A stretch of 64,000 nt of DNA. Source: Podarcis tiliguerta. Its lineage: Eukaryota. The notes below the pieces were generated by a model, which was not told where the DNA came from, did not search any database, and saw nothing but the letters and a program-made list of their open reading frames with translations. The translations under genes and the position numbers were made by a program. The stretch lies in assembly GCA_965153285.1 (NCBI GenBank), contig OZ229110.1; one strand, given 5' to 3'. Shown one piece after another: positions 1 through 12,730 of this stretch (position 1 is the first letter of the stretch; each line of letters starts with the position of its first letter).

Positions 1-84
1 AACAAGTATTCTCTGGGCACCTTTAGCAATGATGTCAAACTTCTTGCCTTTTCTGATTTCAACACCATCCCTAAACCACCGTGC
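1..84 (-). CDS. TTN: titin exon, Ig ~I98 second half (partial)
   Basis: atatag|ARWFRDGVEIRKGKKFDIIAKGAQRILV; runs off the window. Confidence 0.9.
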
Positions 85-1221
85 CTATATTTAAAATAGT
101 GATAAAAATCAAGTTGAACAGAATGCAAAGAAGAGATACTGCAATATCAACTGAAGCAGTAACTGAGAAATTGAAATATATAATTACTGACTGTATTAGA
201 TTAAAGCATGCCTGGATGACATTTTAAGCTAAACCATAAACCAATATTCCACAGTGAATATAGATGCACTCCCTATGAACATGTCAAATGGTGCACATTT
301 TACTGCAATTATTTTTCATCTAAACCCAGAAATCAGTTGCAAGCATGAGAGTACTGGATCCATTGTTCGTTCCAATTCGGCCGTTTGGAAGTTGCACATG
401 TGGAGATGAATTAGAAAATTGACGATGGTGCCAATCACCTATTGGAAAGGGCATAGGATTTGGCTCTATAACCAAAGTAAAATATGTAGACAGAATCTAC
501 ATTCAGATAGGTGTGTTTTATTTTCATTGGCAGTACTGGTTTTTGTTATTAAGGTTCTGGAAGTCTGCTTACCCCCTTTTTAGGAGGGCGGCAGCTTTGT
601 GGGACGACCAGCACTCCCCCCCCCTGCTGCCGATGCAGGACTGCGTGTGGTGAGCTGATCCCAGCCAGAGCGAGAGCTTCAGCTCACACTCACAACTTGA
701 AATCCTGTTCCGCGTCAGCCTGCTGAATTGGCCAATGGCAGGCTGGTATGGAGGGTTGAGCTCTCTGGGGGTGGGCGTGAGGGAACAATCAGGCTATGAG
801 AATCCTTAAGGACCCATGCCTCAGATCCATATTTCCACATCGTGGCAGCCCTAAGAAAGCTACTCAGGTGCCAGTCTGATCCTTGAAAAGCAAATGGGTG
901 GGAAGGGTGCTCAGAGGCTTTGAGGGCACCTAAGGAAATCAATCTTATGGGGTGAAAAAGATGAAGCTGCTTAGGTACCACGCTGGCAACCGAAGATTTA
1001 TAGTAAGGAGCTAGTGAAGGTTGGACTGAATGATGTAGGCAACCTAGATCATCTTTTGGTTTGAGCTATTAGTAGCCACGATTTCCACCTTCTAAATGCT
1101 TTGGGCTGCCCTAGTACTAGAAAAATAGTAAATGTTTCCTGGTGGCTATAATAAATGCTTTGAGATTCTGTGCAAAAGCTATTGACAAGGGCAAATATTA
1201 AGAGACACAAACATTACACAC

Positions 1222-1319
1222 CTGAACATTTGGTCGGGAAATTTCACATTCAAACCGAGCAACTTCTTTTTCTTTAACTTCAATATCCGTAAGGGGCTTT
1301 GTGAACTCAACATGAGGTG
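1222..1319 (-). CDS. TTN: titin exon, Ig ~I98 first half
   Basis: 98 nt, tag|PHVEFTKPL...PNVQ|gtgtgt, phase 1-0. Confidence 0.92.
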
Positions 1320-1614
1320 CTATAAGAAAAGAAAAATTATTTCCAGTTTGAAAACGATCTCTTTTTTTCTTATCTGTGAATCTCAATTTATAGCAATGGC
1401 CTTAGTTATAATAATTTATTCTAATAGAGTTATGATAAAGTAGAGGTTCCCACTTTTGTGGATGAAAGAAAAAGCCCAACCCACTTAAGTCAAAGGTCTG
1501 CTTGTTTTACAGCACCATCAGACTGACCTACCCATATATCTGCAACATGCCTACCTTTGGAATCATGGAAACAAGTATCTATGTCTTTATAAGGAAATTA
1601 TGAGTAAAACTTAC

Positions 1615-1881
1615 GTTCAACGTTCAAGAAACAAGACGTCTTGAAATCTTTAGAATCGCATGTGTACGTTTTAGCATCATCCAGTGTGCAGCCGTGAATG
1701 ATAAGTTTTCTGACTCTGCCATCAGCAATTATATCATATTTCTTTGTCTTGTGGATTTCTTGGCCATTCTTGAACCATTTCACTGGTGCATTTTCTCTGG
1801 ATACTTCACACTCCAGAACTGCAGTAGCTTCCTCCTCTACAGTCTGGTCCTCAAGAGGCTTAGTAAACTCAACAGGTGGTT
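1615..1881 (-). CDS. TTN: titin exon, Ig ~I97
   Basis: 267 nt, cag|EPPVEFTKPL...FLNVE|gtaagt. Confidence 0.95.
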
Positions 1882-2137
1882 CTGAGGACAGGGAGGAAAA
1901 AACCCCCACAAATCATGTTGGTGCTATATGCATCATTTTTTCCTCCCAAGAGATTGAAAAGCTAGCTATCATTCTGATCTTTTTAAAAGACTGAGTTATG
2001 GCCAGAATTCTTTTCAGCATTTTATGTGTAAAAAGTACTGCAGAAAAGGATCGGCCCAATCATACACTTTGCCTAACACAGATCAGTCGTCTCTAGCATA
2101 CTGCTAAGGGAATAAATTGTTACTTTAGGAAGCCTAC

Positions 2138-2261
2138 CTTTTACAAAAAGATTTGCTTGAGTTCTGAAATCCTTTGCAGTCAGTTTGACTTCTCCAGCAT
2201 CTGTTAGTTTCACATCTCTTAGAACAAGGGTGTGAACTCTGCCTTCAGCACGGGGCACGAT
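2138..2261 (-). CDS. TTN: titin exon, Ig ~I96 second half
   Basis: 124 nt, aag|IVPRAEGRVH...NLFVK|gtaggc. Confidence 0.93.
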
Positions 2262-3566
2262 CTTAAAAAAAGAAGAAGCAATGTTCAGGAGAATAGATTT
2301 GGTAAGAAAACATGTTGCGACCTTATATCAAACATTTGTGTTAGCACATGTCTGTCTAAATGGGCTGGTAAACAAAGACTTCCGGTTATACACCCATGCA
2401 CTTCTGGGCATGCATTGGGGCCTCTCTGATTTCTTGTTGCAATTTCAGCCCTTTTACTGCATCAGCCGCCAAGCCCCAAAGGCCTCTAGAGTTTTGTGGG
2501 AGTCGGCAGACTGAATCCACCAGCTGACTGCTGGAACTGTAAACTTCTTCAAAGGGTTGATATAATCCAAATCAATCAAAAAGGAGAACTACAGTACGTG
2601 TATAAGAAGCTTTTCATCATCGCTTCCCAGGCCAGCTGGGAAGAAGTCAAGAGAGACCTGGTTCTGCATAGATTATAGTCCCTTACTGGACTGGGGTAGG
2701 AGTGCCCTAAACACCATTGTTTGTGTTATCATAGGCCCATTTAAACTGATGTAGATGGGTTAATCAGAAGCAAAACATAAAATCTTGCTAACTATTAATA
2801 TGAAAGTTGAAATAAAAGTTGAAATATTTGTGATGCATCTAATAATGCTTCACCATTAAAATACTTTTCATGGGAACAGTAAGTATTAATCTATCGATTT
2901 AGTTAAATCTTGCTATGCTAGTTTAAATTTAATGTTTTGATTAGGCTGAATTGGCTATGGTAATTTCAAACTTGCACTAGCTAGGCCTTATATTAGCAGG
3001 TATAGGTCTGTTTTCCTTTGCAAATATTCTCTGCATAAGCCTATCATTAATAGACACTCTAACGATTTAAACAGAGGATCTAAAAAAGCATGCACCAAAT
3101 AATATTTCACTGAAAGCAACTTCTGCATGTGATTACTTATACTACTTTATGGCTTGCTGCTAAAACATTTTAAATATTGAATGAACTGCATTCCAGGCTG
3201 TTCACATCTCAGCGCTAACAGCACACTTGATGAAGGGTTAAAAATAGCTGGTGAGAAATGCTCTGCGAGCAGATCTACCGAGAAAGTTATCTGGAAGCCT
3301 GCTCAAATGCCTGAAATGGAATTTCAATCTCCTTAATCCCCTTATATGCAGAACTGGATGCCAGCTCTACATTCAGAGAAGGGAAAGAATCAGGAGATGC
3401 AAACATTCATAAACTTCCCCACTAATATCAAAATATTACATATCCCTTTATGTTAGCACTGATACAAAACCTCCCCAACCCCTTTCACCTCTCCCTTTGA
3501 AACTTTTATCTTCCACCATGTGGACGGAACTGATTTTTCTGAATGATATTTTAGAATAGCGCCTTA

Positions 3567-3656
3567 CAGTGCAATCCTATGGATCTCTACTTGGAAGCAA
3601 GCCCCATTGAGCTCAGTGGGGCTTACTTCCAGGTAAGTATGTATAAGATTGCACTG
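3567..3656. mobile_element. ~90-bp palindromic MITE-like repeat (TGCAATCCTA...TAGGATTGCA family)
   Basis: Terminal inverted repeats cagtgcaatcctat/ataagattgcactg with a central ccccattga...tcagtgggg hairpin; related copies near 16601-16686, 20937-21016 and 42393-42485. Confidence 0.65.
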
Positions 3657-3750
3657 CTAGTCTCACAAAAGGGAGGGGTAGGAGAGAAAGAGGGAAAGAA
3701 ATAGGGTTTGACATGGGAAAAGGGGAGAAGAGAAAGAATGTCTTCTGTAC

Positions 3751-3893
3751 CTTGTCACTGGGCTCCAATTTCTGTCCTTTCAAGAACCAGTCCACTACAA
3801 TTCCCTCATAGGAGAGTTCGCATTCAAAGTTTGCCGTTTCACCAGCTGTTACCGTTACATCCTTCAAAGGCCTCAGCAGGCCAATTACACGTG
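3751..3893 (-). CDS. TTN: titin exon, Ig ~I96 first half
   Basis: 143 nt, aag|RVIGLLRPL...EPSDK|gtacag. Confidence 0.93.
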
Positions 3894-4726
3894 CTTGACG
3901 GAACGAAGAAAACATCTTCAGATTAGCCACCTGCACCTTTTACTAGCGGCCATAGTGCCTTTCCCCAAGAGAGAGGGAGTATGATGTACAGAGGCTATTT
4001 AAATTCCCTGGCTAGATCTGGGCCCTTGGGGTTTTCAGGGGGAGGGCTGGTCACTGGAGATTCCCTATTTGCGGAGCCTGTTCCTTTTAAATGAAAAGAT
4101 CAGCAAGAAAGCTACATTGCATCTGTCTCCTTTGCCAAGCCCTGCATGCCTCTTGCTAGATAAGGCATGCGCCTTCCAAAATAGCAAGGTCTACAATTGG
4201 ATAGAGAGACAAGTGGTCACCAACTGTGTAGGGTGTTCCTGTCCATCAAGCTACTGGCACTTTCCACAAATGTCAGCATGGTGTTATCTCTCAGATCTTA
4301 TACCCCAAATGCCAAGCACAGCAGAGAGTCCGTTTGTAATATTTTAGATTTCATAACAACTCATTATGCTACCTTGCCAGTCATCCTGGAATAAGGAGGG
4401 GCGATACCAGTGGTCTAACAACCTGTTCTTATTAACTAATTGAAAATCTTTGTATAATACCTATCCCACGATCTAAAAACAAACAAACTAAATTAAAAGT
4501 ATCAGCATTAGCTTATAAAAAGCTTTTATAAAGAAAGAATAAGTGACACAACTATATCAAATAACTACTCCTCAACTTAAGCTCACCCGACTGTCTCTCC
4601 TTCTCATTTACTGTTCCATTAACAACAGATCACATGCCCCACTCTGACTCCCAACTTGTTTCAGTTTAGCTCAGTTACTGATGTAAAAGTCAAATGATCT
4701 TACAGATAAACTTGCAAGACACTTAC

Positions 4727-4853
4727 GTTTTACTCGAAGATTGGCAGATGATTTGGCATTGGCTGCTTGGAAGTCTACGCTACCAGCCTGGTCCAAGCGC
4801 ACGTTGTAGAGTGTAAGACAGTGCCTTTTGCCTTCCTCCTTAATTTCACAGTC
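4727..4853 (-). CDS. TTN: titin exon, Ig ~I95 second half
   Basis: 127 nt, aag|DCEIKEEGKRH...ANLRVK|gtaagt. Confidence 0.93.
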
Positions 4854-5871
4854 CTTCCAAGAGCAAACAAATGCAAAGGTTTGTACAACACTTGTTTTTA
4901 ATAGCTTTCACTTCCTTTTATCAGGTCCATATTTCTGGTATTTGGATATTCAAAATGGTAGCAACCTTTCATTCCCCTTTGGGGACAAAACATTGAACTG
5001 GCTGCAACTGATTCTCAATATCCTGCCTCGGAGTACAAATACCAAAACAACACATTCTCTGGCATGTACGTTGACAATACTTGGACCCCATTGTTCTGTA
5101 TCTAATGACTGTGTGAGCGGAAGGGAGCTTGTGCAACCAATCTTTCCCCTCCCCACTGCAGCCCACTGAGCCTCATGAAAAGCCTCTTTGGAGGGTCAGA
5201 GGCCCTCCTGAACAGCGTTGGCTGTGTTGCAGCCAGCTGCTAAAGAGATAAAGTTGGTCAGGGCACTGTGCGCAACCCTTCCATCTGCTCACACAACCAA
5301 TGGCTACGACCTACTGAACTTTTGCAAAACTTTTACCTCAGGCCTTGAACCACGCACTGTCCAGATCAATGAGATGTTAATGTGCTAAACATGCACATTG
5401 ATTTTCAGAATTGTTTACATGGGAACATTAACAAAAAGCAACCCCTATATATGGCTACAATGAACCAATTGATTACAGTTATTAACTTTCAGAGGCACCT
5501 GGTACATTGCTTTAACAATTGTAACCAACATATTTTTATCAAATATTATTTACATATTACTTACAATTGCTTTTCATTACAAAAGCAATCTTCAGATTTC
5601 TAACGTTAAAACTGCTCCCCCTGAATTATATATTTTCTGTTGTGTAAATATGAAACATGGATGACTACATTCTATATATTTTGCTTAACTGCACAATTTA
5701 CAATTCCAGCCATTTAAATTGTGTTGATATAGAAATTATTTTCTCAGCACCCCTACAGTACTTTCTCAGATCTTCCAAAGATTTTCCAAAGGTTTATGTT
5801 CTTCCATCTGCATATTTTAGGCAATATAAGTCTCATTTAGAAGTGGGGAAATATTTAAAAGCATTGCTTAC

Positions 5872-6011
5872 AGGTGTCTGTGTCAAGGGCTCCCCTTTCA
5901 GTTTCCAGTTAGCATGAATATCTTCCTCAGAGATTTCTGTATCAAAACGTGCAGTCTCTGTCTCAAATATTTCCACGCTATATAAGGGACGTACAATCTT
6001 AATATCACGAT
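5872..6011 (-). CDS. TTN: titin exon, Ig ~I95 first half
   Basis: 140 nt, cag|RDIKIVRPLY...LTQTP|gtaagc. Confidence 0.94.
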
Positions 6012-6207
6012 CTGTGAAGGAAAAAAACACCACACCAATATTATTACCTTTCATAACAATGTTGATGAGCAGGGTTCTACAACAGAAGGATCAGGAAGAT
6101 TTTATTTATGTGTTTATTAAGAAGATTTATATCTTGTCTTTCGAATGAATGATCCTCAGGGCGGTTTAAAATAGAATATAATAATACACCAGTAAGGGTG
6201 AACTTGC

Positions 6208-6474
6208 CTTCAATGTTCAGCTTAGCAGAAGTCTGATCAGTGCCGCAATCACAGGTATATTGACCAATGTCTTTCTTCAAGGCTTTTTTAAGGATGAGTA
6301 TTCTCTTTTTGCCATCGGCCTTGATAATAACATTCTTAGACGGAGTTAGTTCTTGTCCGTCTTTAAACCATTTTACGGGAGCATTTGCTTTGCTAATTTC
6401 GCATTGCAAAATCACTTCGTCTTTCTCCACAGCAGTGTAATCTTGAAGCTTCCCAGTAAAATAAGGGTCCCCCT
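6208..6474 (-). CDS. TTN: titin exon, Ig ~I94 (GC donor)
   Basis: 267 nt, cag|GDPYFTGKLQ...KLNIE|gcaagt. Confidence 0.92.
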
Positions 6475-7087
6475 CTGCAAGTCAAGGTGAATATGTGACA
6501 TTCTAAGATTATTCATACATTCAAAATAGTACCAACTTATGCAAGACAGTTCTCTTTTCAGGTAAGAGTGCTTTTTAAAGATTTTCTATGTAGGATAAAG
6601 TTTTCTAAAAGCAAGTTTTTAAGAAACTTTAATAGAGCAAATTATTATTATGAGGTAAAAGTAGCTGATTCTGCTTTTCATTTTGTTTCCTTTACATGGA
6701 CCCTAAAGAAACGTGTTTCTGTGGTACACCACAAAGTGGTTTCTTATTTCTTCATTATTTTGGTTATTTAAAAGAGATTTATACCCCGCCTTCCAGAGAT
6801 TTGGATCCACAAGGCGGCTTACAACAAATTCAAAACAAACTTAGACAACACGACATCCAAAAATTTGTAGGAGGGATGATGTTTCCCAAAAAACAAGACT
6901 AAAACAAAAATAAAATGGCAGCACAAAAACTTACAGCAGAGCCATATAAAGACACTGAAAGCTATTACTGATAATAAAAAAACAGGAAAATAGGACCATT
7001 TCAAAGTAAAGCCTGAATGACAATAACAAGCATGAGAGTTTGGAAAAAGGTCCCAACAGATAAAAACATCGGAAACTGCCTTTCACT

Positions 7088-7246
7088 CAGTCAGACCATA
7101 GGCTCAATCTAACTTAGTACTACTGTCTACAATGGTTGGTTGTAGCTATGCAGGGTTTCAGACAGGAGTCTTTTCCAATACTACCTGGAGAAGCAAGGGA
7201 TTTAACCTGGGAGTTTTTGTGTGCAAGGCATGTGCTTTGCCACCGA
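7088..7246 (-). mobile_element. degenerate tRNA-derived SINE
   Basis: Minus strand begins with a tRNA-like head (A/B box-like, ggttaaatccc); related copies at ~46990-47385 and ~62690-62885. Confidence 0.5.
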
Positions 7247-7818
7247 AATATTCTTAAATGATGATTAGACTTGTATGTGAAAAGGATGTTCTTTTAGATA
7301 TGCTGGTCCCAGACCACTTAGGCCTTTATAGGTCAGGACTAGGACTTTGTAATGTGTTACCGGAAAGAAACAGGCAGCCAATGGATGCAATGTTTTAGAA
7401 AAGGGTGCAAATTCAAAGCAACAACTACAATGAAACAATGAACCGAAGGACAAATAAATAACAAAAGGATTGCTAATAGGGTAGCATGGCAGTATAACAG
7501 AACACATCAACTAGCGGCAGTCAATCGTCAGAAGCTTTCTGAAAGAGGATAGATGGCCCCCCAAAGAGGAGCTCATATGAACCTCTTCTTGAAAGCATGT
7601 TCAAATGTATGAGGTCTGCTGCCAAGAAAGCCCTAATATGGAGGCAAATCTAGCTGTACCATAAGAATCTGGAATGGGATCTCCCCATAAGATTTAAAGA
7701 ACTACTCTGAGGAAGGGGAAACCCATGTGAATAAAGCTTCTAAGCACACGGTTATGCTTCTAGTTGATGTTCTATCTAAGAAGAGCCATAATGTAAATCA
7801 AACTCAGACCACACATAC

Positions 7819-8085
7819 CAAGGACAGTAAGCTTAGCTTCACACGATTTGCCCATAGCTTCCACTTTTATCTGAGAGGTGTCATCAATATTGAGATCTTT
7901 GAATGTGAGCGTATGGAATTTTCCATCGTCCTTCATTGAAACAACCTTGGTGGTATGGAGCCGTTGGTCATTCTTATACCAGATAACAGGGATATTGTCA
8001 TGGGAAAGCTCAACAGTAAATTCTGCAGTCTCACGCTCCTTTGCAGTTACATCCTTGAGAGGGGTAATGAATTGAAGGCGAATGC
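7819..8085 (-). CDS. TTN: titin exon, Ig ~I93
   Basis: 267 nt, tag|IRLQFITPL...KLTVL|gtatgt. Confidence 0.95.
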
Positions 8086-8188
8086 CTAAACCACAAAAGC
8101 ATCTCGTTAAAGTTAAACTGTGACGAATCAAATGACATAAATATGAAAGCCAATCACACCGTCAGGAGAACCAGAGCTACAAACAAAC

Positions 8189-8455
8189 CTTCAATGATCA
8201 GCTTTGCACTTGTCCGTTTGTCTTCGGCCTCAAACATATATTTAGCCTCATCCTCAAAAGCCACACTCTTAATGGCAAGTGCGTGCTTTGTGCCTTCTGT
8301 TATAATTTCAAATTTCTCATCCCCTTCAAGCTCTTGGGTTCCTTTCAACCAACGGAAAGTCTTCGGTTCCCTTGATACCTCACATTCAAACTTCGCAGGA
8401 TCCTTCTCAAAGACTTTAATGTCACTGAGAGGAGTTATGAAGATGAGAGGCAGCT
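8189..8455 (-). CDS. TTN: titin exon, Ig I92 (old I28)
   Basis: 267 nt, cag|LPLIFITPLSD...KLIIE|gtttgt; closely matches recalled human I28. Confidence 0.95.
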
Positions 8456-8603
8456 CTGAAATCAAACCGGGTTATTAAGAGTGTTAGACACATGTTTGTT
8501 TGCTTTTTTTATAAACTGCTCCAGCAATGGGTTTTATTGATGTTGCTGGGCATTAAGAAAACCCTGCAAGATGGGTTGGGAGTTGATGCCTTCTGAAGCC
8601 TAC

Positions 8604-8730
8604 CTTTCACTTTCAGATTTGCAGCGCTTTTCGCATTTGCAGCTTGGAAGGACACTTCTCCTGTCATATCCAGTTTGCAGTTGTAAAGAATCAAGACATG
8701 TTTCTTGCCATCTTCAATCATTTCACAATC
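8604..8730 (-). CDS. TTN: titin exon, Ig I91 (old I27) second half
   Basis: 127 nt, cag|DCEMIEDGKKH...GEVSFQAANAKSAANLKVK|gtaggc; both I27 cysteines retained. Confidence 0.96.
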
Positions 8731-8889
8731 CTGATTTTTATTTTTTTATGAGGGTGGGGAAAAAAATAACAGATTTGTCCTAATCACTTATGTGTTCTCT
8801 AAAACTTTCTAAGAATTGTTTTTGTGCGTTTCTCTTAAAAAAACACCACTTGTGCTGTGGTTTGCTTGTTTTTTTTGAAACAGACTTAC

Positions 8890-9029
8890 AGGTGAAGCTG
8901 TTAAAGTTTCTCCCTTTAACTTCCAAATGGCATGAACATCAGGCTCAGAGATTTCGACCTCAAATCGTGCTGTTTCGCCAACAAATACTTCCACTCCATA
9001 AAGAGGACGCTCTATTTTTATCATACGAG
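8890..9029 (-). CDS. TTN: titin exon, Ig I91 (old I27) first half
   Basis: 140 nt, cag|RMIKIERPLYGVEVFVGETA...LTASP|gtaagt. Confidence 0.96.
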
Positions 9030-9126
9030 CTGAAAGCAAATATGTATATTTCTCAGATTTCCTGCCTTGACCAGTAAGGTGTACAATGTTTCGAAGAGTT
9101 TCTACTGAAGGAGGACAATCACTTAC

Positions 9127-9390
9127 CCTCAATCTTAACTTCAGAATTTGTCTTGTCAGTTCCACAGTTACATTCATAATTTCCCTTATCAGCATCGGTT
9201 GCTTTTTTAATTTTTAATATGCGGCGCTTGCCATCAGTCTTGATGGAGATTCTCTTGGAAGCTACAAGTTCCTCACCATCTTTATACCATTTCACTGGCA
9301 CATCTTTGCTAAGTTCACACTCCAGAATGATATCATCTTTCTCAACAGCGGTATAATCTTGCAATTTCACAACGAAATATGGGTCGGCCT
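9127..9390 (-). CDS. TTN: titin exon, Ig ~I90
   Basis: 264 nt, tag|ADPYFVVKLQ...VKIE|gtaagt. Confidence 0.95.
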
Positions 9391-9565
9391 CTACAAGATA
9401 TGGGTCAGGTATGAAGTGTTGTTGTATTTTTTTGAAGAGGTTAGTAATCAGAGTGAATTAGTACATGAAAAACATAAATACTAAAATACATAAAGATATG
9501 TATTTTATACATACATATAATAGATACAGATCCAACCAGTAACAAAATGTGACAACATAAATTAC

Positions 9566-9832
9566 CTAAAACCTTCAGGTTTGCCTTAGTGTGCAATGCC
9601 TTCACTTCAGCCTTGATTTCGGAGATGTCATCAAGTGTCACTTCTCTAATTTCTAATTTGTGTTTCTTCCCTTCTACAGAAATGAGAACTGTTCTGCTAT
9701 TGTGGATTTTCTTATCATTTTTGTACCAGGTTACTGGCATATCTTCGTGAGAAAGCTCAAAATCAAAGTGGGCTGTTTCTCCTTCCTTCACTGTCTGATC
9801 TTTGAGTGGGGAGATAAATTTCAGCCGGACAC
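9566..9832 (-). CDS. TTN: titin exon, Ig ~I89
   Basis: 267 nt, cag|VRLKFISPL...NLKVL|gtaatt. Confidence 0.95.
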
Positions 9833-9932
9833 CTGAAATAGAGAGAAAGACAATGAATGCCATCCGGTCATAACCAGCGACTGATTCTTGTTGTGACTTT
9901 TACAGTGTAATTCTTGACAGCAATGAACTTGC

Positions 9933-10196
9933 CTTCCACAAACAATTTTGCAGTGCTTTCCTTCCCTTCGACTACAGCAGTGTACTCTCCTTCATCATCA
10001 AACTGAGAATCATTGATGACCAGAATGTGTTTTGTTCCATCTGCAATTATGTCAAATTTTTCTCCAACTTTGATTATATCAGTGCCTTTAGTCCATATCA
10101 CATTGGCTTCCCTGGTGAGCACACATTCAAACCTCGCCTGCCGTTTCTCTGGTACAGTCACATCTTTCAAAGGCACAGCAAAGTCCAGCTCGATTT
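9933..10196 (-). CDS. TTN: titin exon, Ig ~I88 (GC donor)
   Basis: 264 nt, cag|IELDFAVPL...KLFVE|gcaagt. Confidence 0.92.
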
Positions 10197-10292
10197 CTGC
10201 AGATAAAGAGAATATTGAATATTTCCCCCCACATACTACGATGGCAGAAACGACAGGCTAATTGGAGACACATTTTTAGTGAAACACCTTAC

Positions 10293-10419
10293 CTTTCACT
10301 GTCAAAATAGCCGAAGTCACTGCATTCAATGCCTGGTAGAGAACCTCTCCAGCCTGGTCTAGTTTGACTTTGTGTAAGGTTAAGAAGCGTTTTCCTCCTT
10401 CGGCTCTGATCTCACAAGT
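10293..10419 (-). CDS. TTN: titin exon, Ig ~I87 second half
   Basis: 127 nt, cag|TCEIRAEGGKRF...ILTVK|gtaagg. Confidence 0.94.
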
Positions 10420-10910
10420 CTGGAGGGAAAAGATGAAAAAGTTCACGGTAATAAAAGAAAATTCTAATCAAAGCATGTTGTGTCGATTTAAAAGCAACAG
10501 TTCGTAAATGTGATGGCGAAGTCCTCTATGTAATTGAAGTGATCCAGGGCCAAGATATTCCCATGCTCTTCCATCCTCCTCTGAGCTAAACAAAACTTGG
10601 AGCTGTCCAATAATAATCACCCTAAAATTCCTTGCATATGTGGTTACAAAAGCCTTCTTAGGGTCGCAAGTAAAATTCTGACAGTGAGCTATACAGTGAG
10701 CTAGGATCAGTTGTTTATGTTGCATGGAGATACCCTGCTCTTAATATTTTAAGCTTCATAATTAAAAGGTGCCTCTTTGAAAACCACACCAACATTAACT
10801 ATAAGCCCAAATGGTTCTAAATCCTTCTTTAAGGTATTCTGCAGGGCCACAATTGACCAACATAATTATACTATATTCAAATTCACGAGGTCTTAAATAC
10901 AGATTCTTAC

Positions 10911-11050
10911 AGGTGAGGGTCTGAGTGTTTCTCCTTTCAGTTTCCATTCACCGGGGATATCGTCTTCAGAAATCTCACAGTCAAAGTTGGCTGTTTCTTT
11001 TTCATAAATAGTAACATCTTCAAGGGGCTTAAGCAGATCAACTTCACGTT
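10911..11050 (-). CDS. TTN: titin exon, Ig ~I87 first half
   Basis: 140 nt, cag|REVDLLKPLED...LRPSP|gtaaga. Confidence 0.94.
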
Positions 11051-11216
11051 CTGGCATTTAGAAATGAACAAATTAATAACATATATGCAATCAATGAAGT
11101 ACTTCAATAGTCTTGCGGGCTTTCATCTTTTTTCTTACTTCCATCCCATCTTTAGTCTTACTGCATTAAGTAACCCCCCTGGCAAATGTTTTGCATCAAA
11201 CTCAAAAGATACTTAC

Positions 11217-11492
11217 CACCCAGTGTCAGTTTAGCTGGGTATCTCTTCCCTTCAACTTCCACGGCATATTCTCCGAGATCTTCTGGCATGCAGTTTTTAA
11301 TTTTGAGGAAGAGATGAGGTCCATCTTTTACAATTTCTGTTTTGTCATTGGGTTCAAGAGGAATCTCCTCATCTCCTTTGTACCATTTAATATTTGGTGT
11401 ATCCTTCACAACATCACAAGCAAAGGTAGCAGTACCCTTTGGTTTCACATGCTGGTCTCTAATAGGCTTCACTAGCCAGTCTTTTATCACTT
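11217..11492 (-). CDS. TTN: titin exon, Ig ~I86
   Basis: 276 nt, cag|VIKDWLVKPI...KLTLG|gtaagt. Confidence 0.95.
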
Positions 11493-11572
11493 CTGTATAA
11501 CAAATGACCAAAAATAATAACCATTAGAATTAGCATAATACATGTAGAGATGAATGACAAGGGTACTTTGTG

Positions 11573-11576
<4 letters not shown>

Positions 11577-11626
<50 letters not shown>
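11577..11626. repeat. (GA)25 microsatellite
   Basis: Pure GA run. Confidence 0.97.
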
Positions 11627-11631
<5 letters not shown>

Positions 11632-12454
11632 CCCATCTCTTCTTTCTAATTGTATTAGAAGGCTACCACATAGCCAAAGTGCCATGAAAACCTGGATAAC
11701 ACAGAATAAAATGCCTGGGCATTGCCACATATGTTATTAATTAAAAATATACAACAAAAGTGTTGCAGTGTATCTGCTTTGAATATATTTTTAAAATTGA
11801 AAAATAGAATTTATTTTTATTTTAATTATTATTTTGCTTACTTGGAAACACCCCCATATATATATATATGCAGAAACCCAAACATATTTTTGATGGCCTC
11901 ATTTTCCTTCCTTCCTTCTTCTTTTTTTCTTTTTTTCTTTTTTTGATGGCCTCATTTTGCTCAGAACTGCTGGAATTGGATGTTATTGCTAAATATTCCT
12001 CCCCCCGCCCTCAAATAAGATTACCCAAAGTGAGTCATGGATGACCACAGATCTTCAGTCTTGTGAACTGAACTGGTATAGTTGTTAGCACTTCTACAGA
12101 GGCAATTTTATAAACTTTGCACAGGTTGATATATTTCCACCTGAAGCTTTTGGGAGTACAGCAATGTGTGATATTGTGACTGAATCATTTTCTAACTGGC
12201 AATTAAATACTGAGTTCCAGTTCTAGTCAAACCAGCTCTTCACTAAAGACCTTCAGATGATTTCAGTACTAATTACACAATCAACTTAAGTGAAAACCAA
12301 TCTTCTTAAATAGGTCAGTGAAGATAGAGTAAGGTAAAAGGACTAGCATATAAGCGCAAAAATAATGCACAAGGCTTAATATTACTCAATAGAATTCCTT
12401 CATATCCCAATTTTATCCCAAGCACACACTACACAGTTTTGAAATTTAACTTAC

Positions 12455-12730
12455 CAACCACTTTCACAGTTGACTGACAGATGAGGTCAGTATTATCCAC
12501 AGTCACAGTGTATACACCTCCATCAGTGTCATCGGCATCCATGATTGTAATGGCGCGCTGCAAACCAATAATACCCAGAGCAAATTTTCCAGATTTGTCT
12601 CTGATGATTTTCCCATCTTTTCTCCAGACCACATCTCTCTCTTTGTTCAGCTCACAACTTAGATAAAAGGGTTGCCCTTTGATGACAGTAAGCTCCTCCT
12701 CCAGAGTCTTCACGAAGCGCACTGGTAATT
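12455..12730 (-). CDS. TTN: titin exon, Ig ~I85
   Basis: 276 nt, tag|LPVRFVKTL...TVKVV|gtaagt. Confidence 0.95.

Noticed and set aside
715-981. Short intronic ORFs in the ORF track (this one and many others)
   Set aside because: No homology or splice context; expected by chance in introns and repeats
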